Origin: Collinsella sp. AF02-46-1
GTDB taxonomy: Bacteria; Actinomycetota; Coriobacteriia; Coriobacteriales; Coriobacteriaceae
Length of the DNA stretch: 64,000 nt
Direction: 5' to 3'
Assembly (NCBI GenBank): GCA_934876235.1
Contig: CAKXKM010000001.1
Location: forward strand, 832-64,831
Under the pieces are notes generated by a model. It was not told the origin of the DNA, ran no database searches, and saw nothing but the letters and a program-made list of their open reading frames with translations. Positions 12,679-21,155 of the stretch are shown here, piece after piece (the stretch's first letter is position 1; each line of letters begins with the position of its first letter). The position numbers and the translations under genes are program-made.

Positions 12679-13482
12679 CTACTCCTCCTCCGCGACCTCC
12701 TCTGCCTCGGAGACATACACGGCGGTAAGGACCGTGAAGACGTAAGCCTGGATGGCGCCGACCACAAGCTCGATCGCATAGATCAGGATGAGGATGGCAA
12801 GCCAGGCCAGCGAAGGCAGGGCGCCAACGGCGTGGGCCGCGGAAACCTGCTGAAGCAGCGGCTGCATGAACATGCTCGCCATGATGGCGAACGAGCCCAT
12901 GACCACGTGTCCTGCGAACATGTTGCAGAACAGACGGACGGCGAGCGTGATGAGGCGCAGGAAGGTCGAGAAAAGCTCGACGACCCACACGAGCACGTTC
13001 ATCGGGAAGCTCACGCCCTGCGGGGCGAGGCTCTTGATGTAGCCGATCACGCCGTGAGCCTTGCATCCGTAGTAGATGAAGTACACGAAGGCGAAAATGG
13101 CGAGTGCGGCGGTGGAGCCGATTGCGCCGGTGCCGGGCTTCATTCCCGGAATCAGGCCGATCATGTTATTGATCAGGATGAACAGGAAAAGCGAGCACAG
13201 GAACGGGAAGTGCTTCTTCCAGTTCTCACCCACGACACCCTTGCCGATATCGTTCTCGACGTACTCGATGATGTACTCGAAACCGTTGACGAAGAAGCCC
13301 TTGGGAACCAGGGTCTGCTTCTTCTTGAACACGGCCAGGACGATCAGGAGCACGATCGTGGAGACGATCAGCCAAAACGAGTACTGCGTGATGCCGCAGC
13401 TCAGATCGCCCACGACAGGGGTGGAGCTGAACTCGCTGACCAGATGATTAATCTCATCAGGCAGCTTTTCAAAAATTTCCAC
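12679..13482 (-). CDS. atpB: ATP synthase Fo subunit a
   Basis: 267 aa polytopic protein with a conserved Arg region (NMFAGHV). Confidence 0.85.
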   Translation of the reverse strand: MEIFEKLPDEINHLVSEFSSTPVVGDLSCGITQYSFWLIVSTIVLLIVLAVFKKKQTLVPKGFFVNGFEYIIEYVENDIGKGVVGENWKKHFPFLCSLFLFILINNMIGLIPGMKPGTGAIGSTAALAIFAFVYFIYYGCKAHGVIGYIKSLAPQGVSFPMNVLVWVVELFSTFLRLITLAVRLFCNMFAGHVVMGSFAIMASMFMQPLLQQVSAAHAVGALPSLAWLAILILIYAIELVVGAIQAYVFTVLTAVYVSEAEEVAEEE

Positions 13483-13485
13483 GAC

Positions 13486-13872
13486 TTACCTTTCGACCTC
13501 ATGAGGATCTCGCAGCGCCTTGGCGACACGAACCGCGCAGGCGGCCATAAAGGCCACGAAGCCGATCGCCTCGCCCAGGAGGAACATGCGAAATGCCTCT
13601 CCGAACAACACAAACACAACCAAGGTAAAGACGAGCAGGGCGATTGCCGAGACCGCCAGACTCACCATACCCTTGAGCATGTCCGCATTCTGTTTATCGT
13701 CAAGAACCGGCTTGAGCGTAAAGACAAAGGGAAGGAAGGCAATTGCGCCCGCGATGGCGCCTGCAACGATAGCGAGCAGATCGGCTATCTGAAACACTGG
13801 CGTCCTCACTTTCCTTTTTAACGCTTCACAGAACAGTTCCCGCCAAACATTGGTGACTATTGTACGAGCCAA
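13486..13872 (-). CDS. atpI: putative ATP synthase protein I (AtpI/AtpZ-like small membrane protein)
   Basis: 128-aa hydrophobic protein at the first position of the atp operon. Assigned by position and hydropathy only. Confidence 0.4.
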   Translation of the reverse strand: MARTIVTNVWRELFCEALKRKVRTPVFQIADLLAIVAGAIAGAIAFLPFVFTLKPVLDDKQNADMLKGMVSLAVSAIALLVFTLVVFVLFGEAFRMFLLGEAIGFVAFMAACAVRVAKALRDPHEVER

Positions 13873-14077
13873 TCGCTAAAGTACAACCGAAAAAGCATCG
13901 GTTAATACGCACCTGTTCGTTTTCTTAAGACCTTCTTTATGCCGCAGGTACGGTAATACGTTTTTCTCGAACCCTGCAGGGCAAAACGTCCGTTAACAGG
14001 AGTGCGCGCGGTCGCCTTTTGTTCGTCCGCGCGCACCGTTTCTTCGTATTTGCAGCCGCGGCCGTTTAGCCCAGCGA

Positions 14078-14725
14078 CTAGAGCGTGCCGTAGATGCGGT
14101 CGCCGGCGTCGCCGAGGCCGGGAACGATGTAGGCAGCCTCGTTGAGATGGTCGTCGATGGCGCAGGTATAGATATGCACATCTGGGTCCTTCTCGGTCAG
14201 CGACTTGAGGCCCTCGGGGGCCGCGACGATGCACAGCATGCGGATGTCCTTGACACCGCGCTCGCGCAGGTAGCTGATGGCCATCTCGGCCGAACCGCCC
14301 GTGGCAAGCATGGGGTCGACGACCAGGCAGATGCGCTGGTCGATATCCTTGGGCATCTTGCAGTAATACTCGTGCGGCTCGTGGGTGACCTCGTCGCGCT
14401 CCATGCCGATGTGACCCACGCGAGCGGAGGGCACCAGGTCGAGGATGCCGTCGACCATGCCAAGGCCCGCACGCAGGATGGGCACGATGGCGAGTTTCTT
14501 GCCGGCAAGCTGTTTGAACGTGGCGGTAGTGATGGGGGTCTCGACCTCGACGTCTTCCATAGGCAGGTCGCGCATGGCCTCGTAGCCGTCAAAAAGCGCG
14601 AGTTCGCGCACGAGCTGGCGGAACTGGTTGGTGCCGGTGTTTTTGTCGCGCAGGATCGACAGCTTGTGCTGGACGAGCGGGTGATCGACAAGCGTCACAC
14701 GGGACGCATCGTAGGTGACGGTCAT
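14078..14725 (-). CDS. upp: uracil phosphoribosyltransferase
   Basis: Upp motifs ([17 protein letters not shown]). The track ORF starts at 14785, but the internal Met (MTVTYDASR...) fits the Upp length. Confidence 0.85.
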   Translation of the reverse strand: MTVTYDASRVTLVDHPLVQHKLSILRDKNTGTNQFRQLVRELALFDGYEAMRDLPMEDVEVETPITTATFKQLAGKKLAIVPILRAGLGMVDGILDLVPSARVGHIGMERDEVTHEPHEYYCKMPKDIDQRICLVVDPMLATGGSAEMAISYLRERGVKDIRMLCIVAAPEGLKSLTEKDPDVHIYTCAIDDHLNEAAYIVPGLGDAGDRIYGTL

Positions 14726-14848
14726 GGATTGATTGCCCCTTTCGTTGCGGCCGCAAAACGGCCTTGCTGACAAGGCGCGCAGCAATGTTGCCGCCGCACG
14801 CCATGCATTAGTTTAGCGGTTTGTTGTATCGAGCAGCCCATCGCAGCC

Positions 14849-16390
14849 CTACTGTGAGGTGCTGAGCGAGCGCCTGACTGCATCACGCCAGCCCGCAAGG
14901 TTTTGCTCGCGGCGCTCGGCGGACATGTGGGGAAGGAAGGTCCTAACGATCTGGGCATTTTGCTCCAGCTCTTCCAGGTCTTCCCAATAGCCGACGGCAA
15001 GACCCGCCAAGTACGCGGCACCGATTGCCGTGGTCTCCACCGTCTCGCATTGCAGCACGGGGATATCCAGCAGGTCGGCCTGGAATTGCATGATGAACTC
15101 GTTGCGCGAGGCACCGCCATCGACAGACAGGCGCTCAATCGAAAGCCCCACGTCCTGCTCCATGGCGCGCAGCACGTCGTAGCTCTGATATGCCATGGAT
15201 TCGCAGGCGGCACGTACGATGGTCGCACGGCTCGAGGCGCCGGTCAGACCGCACACGATACCGCGAGCATGCGGGTCCCACCAGGGAGCACCCAAACCCG
15301 CAAAGGCGGGAACGAAGTAGCAGCCCTCGTTGTCGCTAATCGAAGCAGCGAGTTGTGCCGACTCGCTCACGCTCGAGATGATGCCCATGTTGTTGCGAAG
15401 CCAGTTCATCGTTGAGCCGGCGGCAAAAATAGAGCCCTCGAGCGCATAGCTGACTTTGCCGTCCGCAGCGATACCGATGGTGGAGACCAGGCCATTCTTG
15501 GATTCGACGATCTCGTCGCCGGTGTTCATGAGCATAAAGCAACCCGTGCCATAGGTGTTTTTGGTCTGGCCGGGACGGAAACAGCAGTGGCCGAACAGCG
15601 ACGCCTGTTGGTCACCCGCCACGCCCATGATGGGCGGCATGTTGGTCATGATGTCGCTCGCGACGCGGCCGTAGTCGCCCGAGCTCCAGCGAACCTCGGG
15701 CATCATGGAACGTGGAACGTCAAAGAGTGCCAGCAGGTCGTCGTCCCAATCGAGCGTATGGATATTAAAGAGTGCCGTGCGGCTGGCATTGGTGTAGTCG
15801 GTGGCAAAGACCTGGCCGCCGGTGAGGTTGTAGATGAGCCAGGTGTCGATGGTGCCAAACATGAGGTCGCCCGCCGCCGCGCTTTCGCGTGCGCCGTCGA
15901 CGTTGTCGAGAATCCACTGCACCTTGGAGGCCGAGAAATACGGGTCGAGCGTGAGTCCCGTGCGGGAGCGCACCAGCCCTTCTGCGCCCTGCTCGACAAG
16001 CTCGTCGATCAGAGGTGCGGTACGGCGGCACTGCCATACGATAGCGTTATAGATCGGCTGACCGCTCACGCGATCCCAGACCACCGTGGTCTCGCGCTGG
16101 TTGGAGATGCCGATGGCGGCAATGCGGTCGGAGTGGATACCGCTCTTAAACTGGACTTCCATCATGACGGCGATCTGGCTAGCAAGGACCGCCATGGGGT
16201 CTTGCTCCACCCAGCCGGGACGCGGAAAGCTGGTTTTGACGCTGCGACGTGCCTGCGCGACGATGCAGCCGTACTCGTCGACGATGGTCGCAAGTACCGA
16301 GGTGGTGCCGCAGTCGAGCGCCATGATGTAGGAACCGCCAAAGTCAAACGAGGCATCTTCCATGCCCAGGCTGCCCAGATTCAACGACAT
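14849..16390 (-). CDS. glpK: glycerol kinase
   Basis: FGGY kinase with an N-terminus DCGTTSV... and GTIDTWLIYNLTGG; 513 aa. Confidence 0.9.
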   Translation of the reverse strand: MSLNLGSLGMEDASFDFGGSYIMALDCGTTSVLATIVDEYGCIVAQARRSVKTSFPRPGWVEQDPMAVLASQIAVMMEVQFKSGIHSDRIAAIGISNQRETTVVWDRVSGQPIYNAIVWQCRRTAPLIDELVEQGAEGLVRSRTGLTLDPYFSASKVQWILDNVDGARESAAAGDLMFGTIDTWLIYNLTGGQVFATDYTNASRTALFNIHTLDWDDDLLALFDVPRSMMPEVRWSSGDYGRVASDIMTNMPPIMGVAGDQQASLFGHCCFRPGQTKNTYGTGCFMLMNTGDEIVESKNGLVSTIGIAADGKVSYALEGSIFAAGSTMNWLRNNMGIISSVSESAQLAASISDNEGCYFVPAFAGLGAPWWDPHARGIVCGLTGASSRATIVRAACESMAYQSYDVLRAMEQDVGLSIERLSVDGGASRNEFIMQFQADLLDIPVLQCETVETTAIGAAYLAGLAVGYWEDLEELEQNAQIVRTFLPHMSAERREQNLAGWRDAVRRSLSTSQ

Positions 16391-16403
16391 CGCTTAAACC
16401 TTT

Positions 16404-17147
16404 CTATTGCATCGGGTCGGACAGGACCCGTTCGATCTCTGATGCGGGAAGTGCGCCTTGGCGCAGGATCTGGAGCTCGCCGTGCTGAAACGACACGATG
16501 GTCGAGGCGTCGCGACACGGGGTCTCACCGGCGTCGACGGCAACATCGACCCCCTCCAGGATGCGACCCTCCACCGTGATAAAACTTGCCGGCGCGGGCG
16601 CGCCATGCGTGTTGGCGCTGGTGCAGGCAAGGGGGCTGCCACAGGCGCGAATGAGCGCCTGCACCACGGGCGAGGCCGAAGCGCGAAGTGCCACCGTGTC
16701 GTCGGCAGCGCGCATAAAGGTCGGCACGCAGGGAGCTGCCTTGACCACGATAGTCAGGGCTCCCGGCCAGCATCGTCGCGCGAGTATGCGGGCATCTTCC
16801 GGGATATCCACGCCATAGCGGTCGAGTGCTTCGACGCCATCGACCAGCCAAGCGACGGTTTGCGTGAGTTCACGTTGCTTGAGAGTGAAGATACGGCGAT
16901 AGCCGGTGCCGAGCGCAGGAACTGCGGCGCCATTGACGGCAGCCTGCGGATCGCGCGGCCACGATGGGAATTCGCTTGTATCTTGGGGCACGGCGTCCGA
17001 GAAGGCGTTGACTGCCACGGCGACACCGTAGACGGTCTCGGTCGGGATCAAAGCCAGGCCGCCGCGGCCGAGCACCTCGGCCGTGCGCTCGACGGCAAGC
17101 CGATGCGGCTCGCGCGTTCCCTCGTATACCCGATAGACCGTCTGCAT
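16404..17147 (-). CDS. L-threonylcarbamoyladenylate synthase (TsaC/YrdC/Sua5 family)
   Basis: YrdC-domain motif ALIPTETVYGVAV; 247 aa. Confidence 0.65.
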   Translation of the reverse strand: MQTVYRVYEGTREPHRLAVERTAEVLGRGGLALIPTETVYGVAVAVNAFSDAVPQDTSEFPSWPRDPQAAVNGAAVPALGTGYRRIFTLKQRELTQTVAWLVDGVEALDRYGVDIPEDARILARRCWPGALTIVVKAAPCVPTFMRAADDTVALRASASPVVQALIRACGSPLACTSANTHGAPAPASFITVEGRILEGVDVAVDAGETPCRDASTIVSFQHGELQILRQGALPASEIERVLSDPMQ

Positions 17148-17281
17148 GTGTATGCCAGCCCCTTACGCTCTGGTGCAAGTTTGTTTACTGTGGGGCATTC
17201 TCGCACGAAACGTTCAACCTATTTGCCCAGAGCGCATGTTGGTTTGGTGAGCGGCTCTAGTAGTCGGTGAAAGTGAGGGGG

Positions 17282-17728
17282 TTATTGGACTGCGACGAAC
17301 TTCTTTGGCCTGCCGGCGTGACGTTCTTGGGCGGCGTAACGCTCGATGCTGTCTATCGTTATCATCCGACGGCCGTCGACGAGTTCAACATCGAGCTTTC
17401 CGGCTTTGACCAGCGCGGTAATCCGCGGAGCGGAGACTTTGAGGTCCAGCGCTGCGTCTTTAAATGTTCGGCACGCCGCTTCCCGAGCGTCCTCGTGGTC
17501 GATTTCGACTGAAAGGGCCACGACCTCGGCCGAGCGTTCGTACCCTGCCGGAGTCAAACCGTTGTTGAGGTCGTCGGCCAAAAACGCCATCAGTGCCTCG
17601 GTGGCATGGGCAATCGCTTCTTCGCGCGTATCGCCATCGGCAAAGGCGCCGGGAATCTGCGGGAAGCTAGCGCAGTAACCATCGTCTTCTTTTATGAGAA
17701 CGCAGTCATAGGTAAATCGCTGCCTCAT
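17282..17728 (-). CDS. hicB: HicB-family antitoxin
   Basis: HicB N-terminal fold (FTYDCVLIKEDDGYCASFPQIPGAFADGDTREEAIAHATEAL) and a C-terminal DNA-binding tail. The likely start is the internal Met; the track ORF extends to 17773. Confidence 0.7.
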   Translation of the reverse strand: MRQRFTYDCVLIKEDDGYCASFPQIPGAFADGDTREEAIAHATEALMAFLADDLNNGLTPAGYERSAEVVALSVEIDHEDAREAACRTFKDAALDLKVSAPRITALVKAGKLDVELVDGRRMITIDSIERYAAQERHAGRPKKFVAVQ

Positions 17729-17739
17729 TTTGCCTCCAA

Positions 17740-17925
17740 CTACCATCCAGCTTGGCGACGAATACTTGCCCACGTGCCCTTCTTTGGTCGATCACCACCA
17801 GAGCCGTTCACGGTGACAACGCGGTCACCAGAAACATACTTAGCATGACTACCGACTTGCGCGACCTTCACGAATCCATCGTGCTTGAGTAGGGCAATGA
17901 TTTCCCGAAAGGTAGGAGGTTGCAT
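17740..17925 (-). CDS. hicA: HicA-family mRNA interferase toxin
   Basis: 61 aa with YcfA/HicA motif LLKHDGFVKVAQVGSHAKY, immediately upstream of hicB. Confidence 0.7.
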   Translation of the reverse strand: MQPPTFREIIALLKHDGFVKVAQVGSHAKYVSGDRVVTVNGSGGDRPKKGTWASIRRQAGW

Positions 17926-17993
17926 GGGCCGACCTCTTTCAGCCGTCCTAATTATAAACTACTTTATAATTTTTGCTAACCAGTTAATAAATA

Positions 17994-19268
17994 TTACTGG
18001 CGTTGCTTGGGCTCGGTGACGATGGCTCGGACAATGCGGGGGCGATCGGTGAGGTCGTGGACGATACGCACGTCCGAAAGGCCTGCTTGACGACAGAGCT
18101 CGGCCGCGGCGTCGAGCGCGCCCTCGTAGAGCTCGCAGGCAAACAGGCCGCCGGCACGCAGCATGTAGGGCGCCGCGTTGAGCAGGCGGCGGAAGATATC
18201 GAGACCGTCGGCACCGCCCTCGAGCGCCAGATCGGGCTCAAAGTCCTTGACCTCATGCGGCAGCGAGCGCATGACGTCGGTCGGGATGTAAGGTGGGTTG
18301 GAGACGAGCACATCAAAGGTGCCCCACTCTTCGCGGGGAATGGAACTCACCAGGTTTGTGAGGCTGAAGGCGACCTCGTCGGACGTGAGGCCAAGCGCAT
18401 CACGGTTTTTGGTGGCCAGATCGATGGCGCGCGGCTCGATATCGGTAGCAGTGCAGGTAACGTGGCCGCGGCGCTCCCAGGCAAGGGAGAGCGAAATGCA
18501 GCCCGTGCCGCAGCCGACCTCGAGAACGCGGGCAGTGCGGGGCTCGGCTGGGGCAGATACGTTGGCCTCGGCGGCATCTTGCGCGGGAGTCGCCTGTTGG
18601 TCGTTGTCCTCAATGGCGATGCCGTATTCGTCGAGCTCGGGCTCGGGGGTTTCCATGGCCTCTGCTTCTGCCGCTTCGGCTTCTGCCGCCTGCGCGGCGG
18701 CTTCCTCGGCCTCGCGATCGGCCAGTTCCTCGGCATAAGCGCGACTGCCCAGCACATCGCCGCCTAGCGCCGCCTCGTCGGCAGCTGTGAGGTTGGCGGC
18801 ACGGCGCTCGGCCGTCGCTCGCTCGTCGGCCAATGCGGCCTCGGCCTTGCGTGCCTCCTCGACCTCATCGTTCCAAGGCAGCTCAACACGCTGACGGGCA
18901 GCGGCCTCGGGGCTCAGTACCTCGGCATCCAGATAATTGAGGACTTCCTCGACGAGCATCTCGGTCTCGGGGCGCGGAATGAGCACACCGGGGGCGCACG
19001 CGACGTCGATCATGCGAAACTGCGTGCTGCCCGTGATGTATTGCAGCGGCTCGCCCTTAGCGCGGCGGACAACGGCCGCATGCATGGTCTCGAGCTGGGC
19101 CGCGTTAAGCGTCTCGTCCATACGCATATATAGGTCAATGCGCGCCAGGCCCGTGGCGGCGCACAGCAGCCACTCGGCAGAAAGACGGGGGTGCTCCTCG
19201 CCGCGCTCGGCCAGGTACTCCTTGGTCCACTCGAGACAACGCTTGATGGTCCAAATCTCGTTTGCCAT
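17994..19268 (-). CDS. prmC: release factor glutamine N5-methyltransferase PrmC/HemK, with a roughly 150-aa low-complexity insertion
   Basis: HemK N-domain, MTase motif I VLEVGCGTGCISL and NPPY motif VSNPPYIPT. An acidic/Ala-rich insert (EEAAAQAAEAEAAEAEA...) precedes motif I. The track ORF starts at 19343; the start is probably MANEIW at 19268. Confidence 0.8.
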   Translation of the reverse strand: MANEIWTIKRCLEWTKEYLAERGEEHPRLSAEWLLCAATGLARIDLYMRMDETLNAAQLETMHAAVVRRAKGEPLQYITGSTQFRMIDVACAPGVLIPRPETEMLVEEVLNYLDAEVLSPEAAARQRVELPWNDEVEEARKAEAALADERATAERRAANLTAADEAALGGDVLGSRAYAEELADREAEEAAAQAAEAEAAEAEAMETPEPELDEYGIAIEDNDQQATPAQDAAEANVSAPAEPRTARVLEVGCGTGCISLSLAWERRGHVTCTATDIEPRAIDLATKNRDALGLTSDEVAFSLTNLVSSIPREEWGTFDVLVSNPPYIPTDVMRSLPHEVKDFEPDLALEGGADGLDIFRRLLNAAPYMLRAGGLFACELYEGALDAAAELCRQAGLSDVRIVHDLTDRPRIVRAIVTEPKQRQ

Positions 19269-19640
19269 GGGGCCCTCCCCTCTTAAGCGCCGGACGGCGC
19301 GCGAATGTCGGAGCAGATTGTAAGCGAGGCCAGCGCTTGGCAAGGGGCGATTGAAGGCGATTATCGAGAATCAGCCCAGAATTTTGCACCGAGCTCGCTC
19401 AAAGTGTTCATTCGCTGACGTCTAAATTTGCATTCGTCAAGCTTTTGGCAAGGTTGCCCCAAAACTGACCAATATCTAACCAAGAACTTGCCACATCGCT
19501 TGACGCACGACCCATCAAAAATCGCTCCGCGACTTCTTGAACGATATTTTGAGCAATATTTTCGATAGCAGATATATGCCGTCAATTACCTTAAGCAGGT
19601 AAGCAGCTCAAATGACATCACAGCCGACTGAATAAAATAT

Positions 19641-19858
19641 CAAGGCAATGTCACCAATGACTCCCTACGGATCATTTGACAACCAAGGAAACGCCGATGT
19701 TTTGGCAATGTCAGCGAGCGACGTCCAGAGCGAACAAGTTGGCATGAAAAAGGCAAGGCATAGACCTTCTGGTCATGCCTTGCCTTTTGAATGACAAATT
19801 GTCGCTCTGGGCGGCGCGCAGCGTCGAGCAGTTACGGCGTTTGGTAAAACGCCGTAAC
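19641..19858 (+). repeat. structured repeat family R1, copy B
   Basis: Same conserved core as copy A (GATG at 19696). The copy ends exactly at the prfA stop codon (19859-19861). Confidence 0.8.
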
Positions 19859-20926
19859 TTAAACAGCCTGTGCCAGCTTCTCGGCACGCTCGGCGGCGGC
19901 GAGCGCCTCGATGACGGTGCCGAGCTGGTCGCCCAGGAGGACGCCGTTGTAGGTGGAGTTGAAGCCGATGCGGTGATCGGTCACGCGGTCCTGGGGCTGG
20001 TTGTAGGTACGGATCTTCTCGGAACGGTTGCCGTGGCCGATCTGGCTCTGGCGCTCGGCACCGAGCTCCGCCTGCTGCTTCTCGAGCTCCATCTCGTACA
20101 GACGGGCGCGCAGCATCTGCATGCAGACTTCGCGGTTCTGGATCTGGGAGCGCTGTTCCTGCGACTGCACCACGGTGTTGGTGGGCAGGTGGGTGATGCG
20201 CACGGCAGAATAAGTGGTGTTAACGCACTGACCGCCAGGGCCGGAGGCGCAGTAGGTGTCGATGCGCAGGTCGGACTGGTTGATCTGGACGTCGATTTCC
20301 TCGGCCTCGGGAAGTACGGCGACGGTTGCCGTGGAGGTCTGGATGCGACCCTGGGACTCGGTCTTGGGGACACGCTGGACACGGTGCACGCCGGACTCGA
20401 ACTTCATGACGGAGTAGACGCGGTCGCCCTCGACCTTGAACTCAATGGACTTAAAGCCGCCGGCCTCGCTGGGGCTGGAGTCGAGCACGGTGGTCTTCCA
20501 GCCGCGCGACTCACAGAAGCGCTGATACATCTTGTACAGATCGCCGGCAAAGATGGCCGCCTCGTCGCCACCGGCGGCGGAGCGAATCTCGACGATGGTG
20601 TTCTTGTCGTCGTTGGGGTCGCTCGGGATGAGCATGTACTTAATGTCTTCCTCGAGCTGGGGAAGCTTGGCCTCGTTTTCGGAGATGTCCATCTGGAGCA
20701 TCTCCTTCTCATCGGCATCGGTAGTATCGTGGAGCATTTCCTTGGCAGCCTCGATGTCATCGAGCGCGCCGATGTACTCGCGCGAGGCGGCGATGAGGTC
20801 GGACTGGTGCGCGTACTCCTTGTTGAGACGCGTGAACTCCTTGATGTCGGAGGCAACGGCCGGGTCGGAAAGCTTCTTCTCGAGCTCCTCGTAGGCCTTG
20901 ATAATCTTTTCGAGCTTGTCGCGCAT
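19859..20926 (-). CDS. prfA: peptide chain release factor 1
   Basis: GGQ motif (GPGGQCVNTT) and PxT-type RF1 domain organisation; 355 aa. Confidence 0.95.
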   Translation of the reverse strand: MRDKLEKIIKAYEELEKKLSDPAVASDIKEFTRLNKEYAHQSDLIAASREYIGALDDIEAAKEMLHDTTDADEKEMLQMDISENEAKLPQLEEDIKYMLIPSDPNDDKNTIVEIRSAAGGDEAAIFAGDLYKMYQRFCESRGWKTTVLDSSPSEAGGFKSIEFKVEGDRVYSVMKFESGVHRVQRVPKTESQGRIQTSTATVAVLPEAEEIDVQINQSDLRIDTYCASGPGGQCVNTTYSAVRITHLPTNTVVQSQEQRSQIQNREVCMQMLRARLYEMELEKQQAELGAERQSQIGHGNRSEKIRTYNQPQDRVTDHRIGFNSTYNGVLLGDQLGTVIEALAAAERAEKLAQAV

Positions 20927-21124
20927 GGCGGGACTCCTTTATATGCGTGAAGGTGAAAATCGGCAGAGTTGATGGGGCGCGCGGCGCCACTGTGGGGGTA
21001 AGCCCGGCTAGAACATGTCGATCTTCAGATACATGCGCATCCCTTCGCGTATGGGGTACATAGTTGCGGTCTAACCCATACATGATAGCGTGCGCAGGCA
21101 AACCTGCATATAACCCGCACGGAA

Positions 21125-21153
21125 TGTGACAAAGGGACAGTCCCTTTGTCACA
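21125..21153. repeat. palindromic repeat family R2, short copy (TGTGACAAAGGGAC AG TCCCTTTGTCACA)
   Basis: A perfect 13-bp inverted repeat with a 2-nt spacer, ending 2 nt before the stop of the M20 peptidase gene. The same palindrome recurs at 57271 and, as degenerate variants (GTGACGAAGGAGC-AG-CCCCCTTGTCAC and GTGGCAAAGGGAC-TGTC-TTTTGTTTCAC), at 27829 and 32891. Confidence 0.75.
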
Positions 21154-21155
21154 TC

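Noticed and set aside
12641-13821. ORFs 12641..13066 (-) and 12832..13821 (+) overlapping atpB/atpI
   Set aside because: They are out of frame or antisense to the ATP synthase a-subunit gene, which has a clear hydropathy and motif match.
19361-19585. 74-aa minus-strand ORF in the AT-rich prfA-prmC spacer
   Set aside because: No Shine-Dalgarno, Cys/Arg-rich low-complexity translation, and a composition unlike neighbouring genes. Treated as noncoding insert sequence.
21125-21153. TGTGA...TCACA palindrome as a CRP/FNR-type site
   Set aside because: The spacing between the TGTGA and TCACA halves is 19 nt, not 6, and the internal GGGAC/GTCCC arms are part of the repeat. The motif also sits at gene 3' ends, not in promoters.
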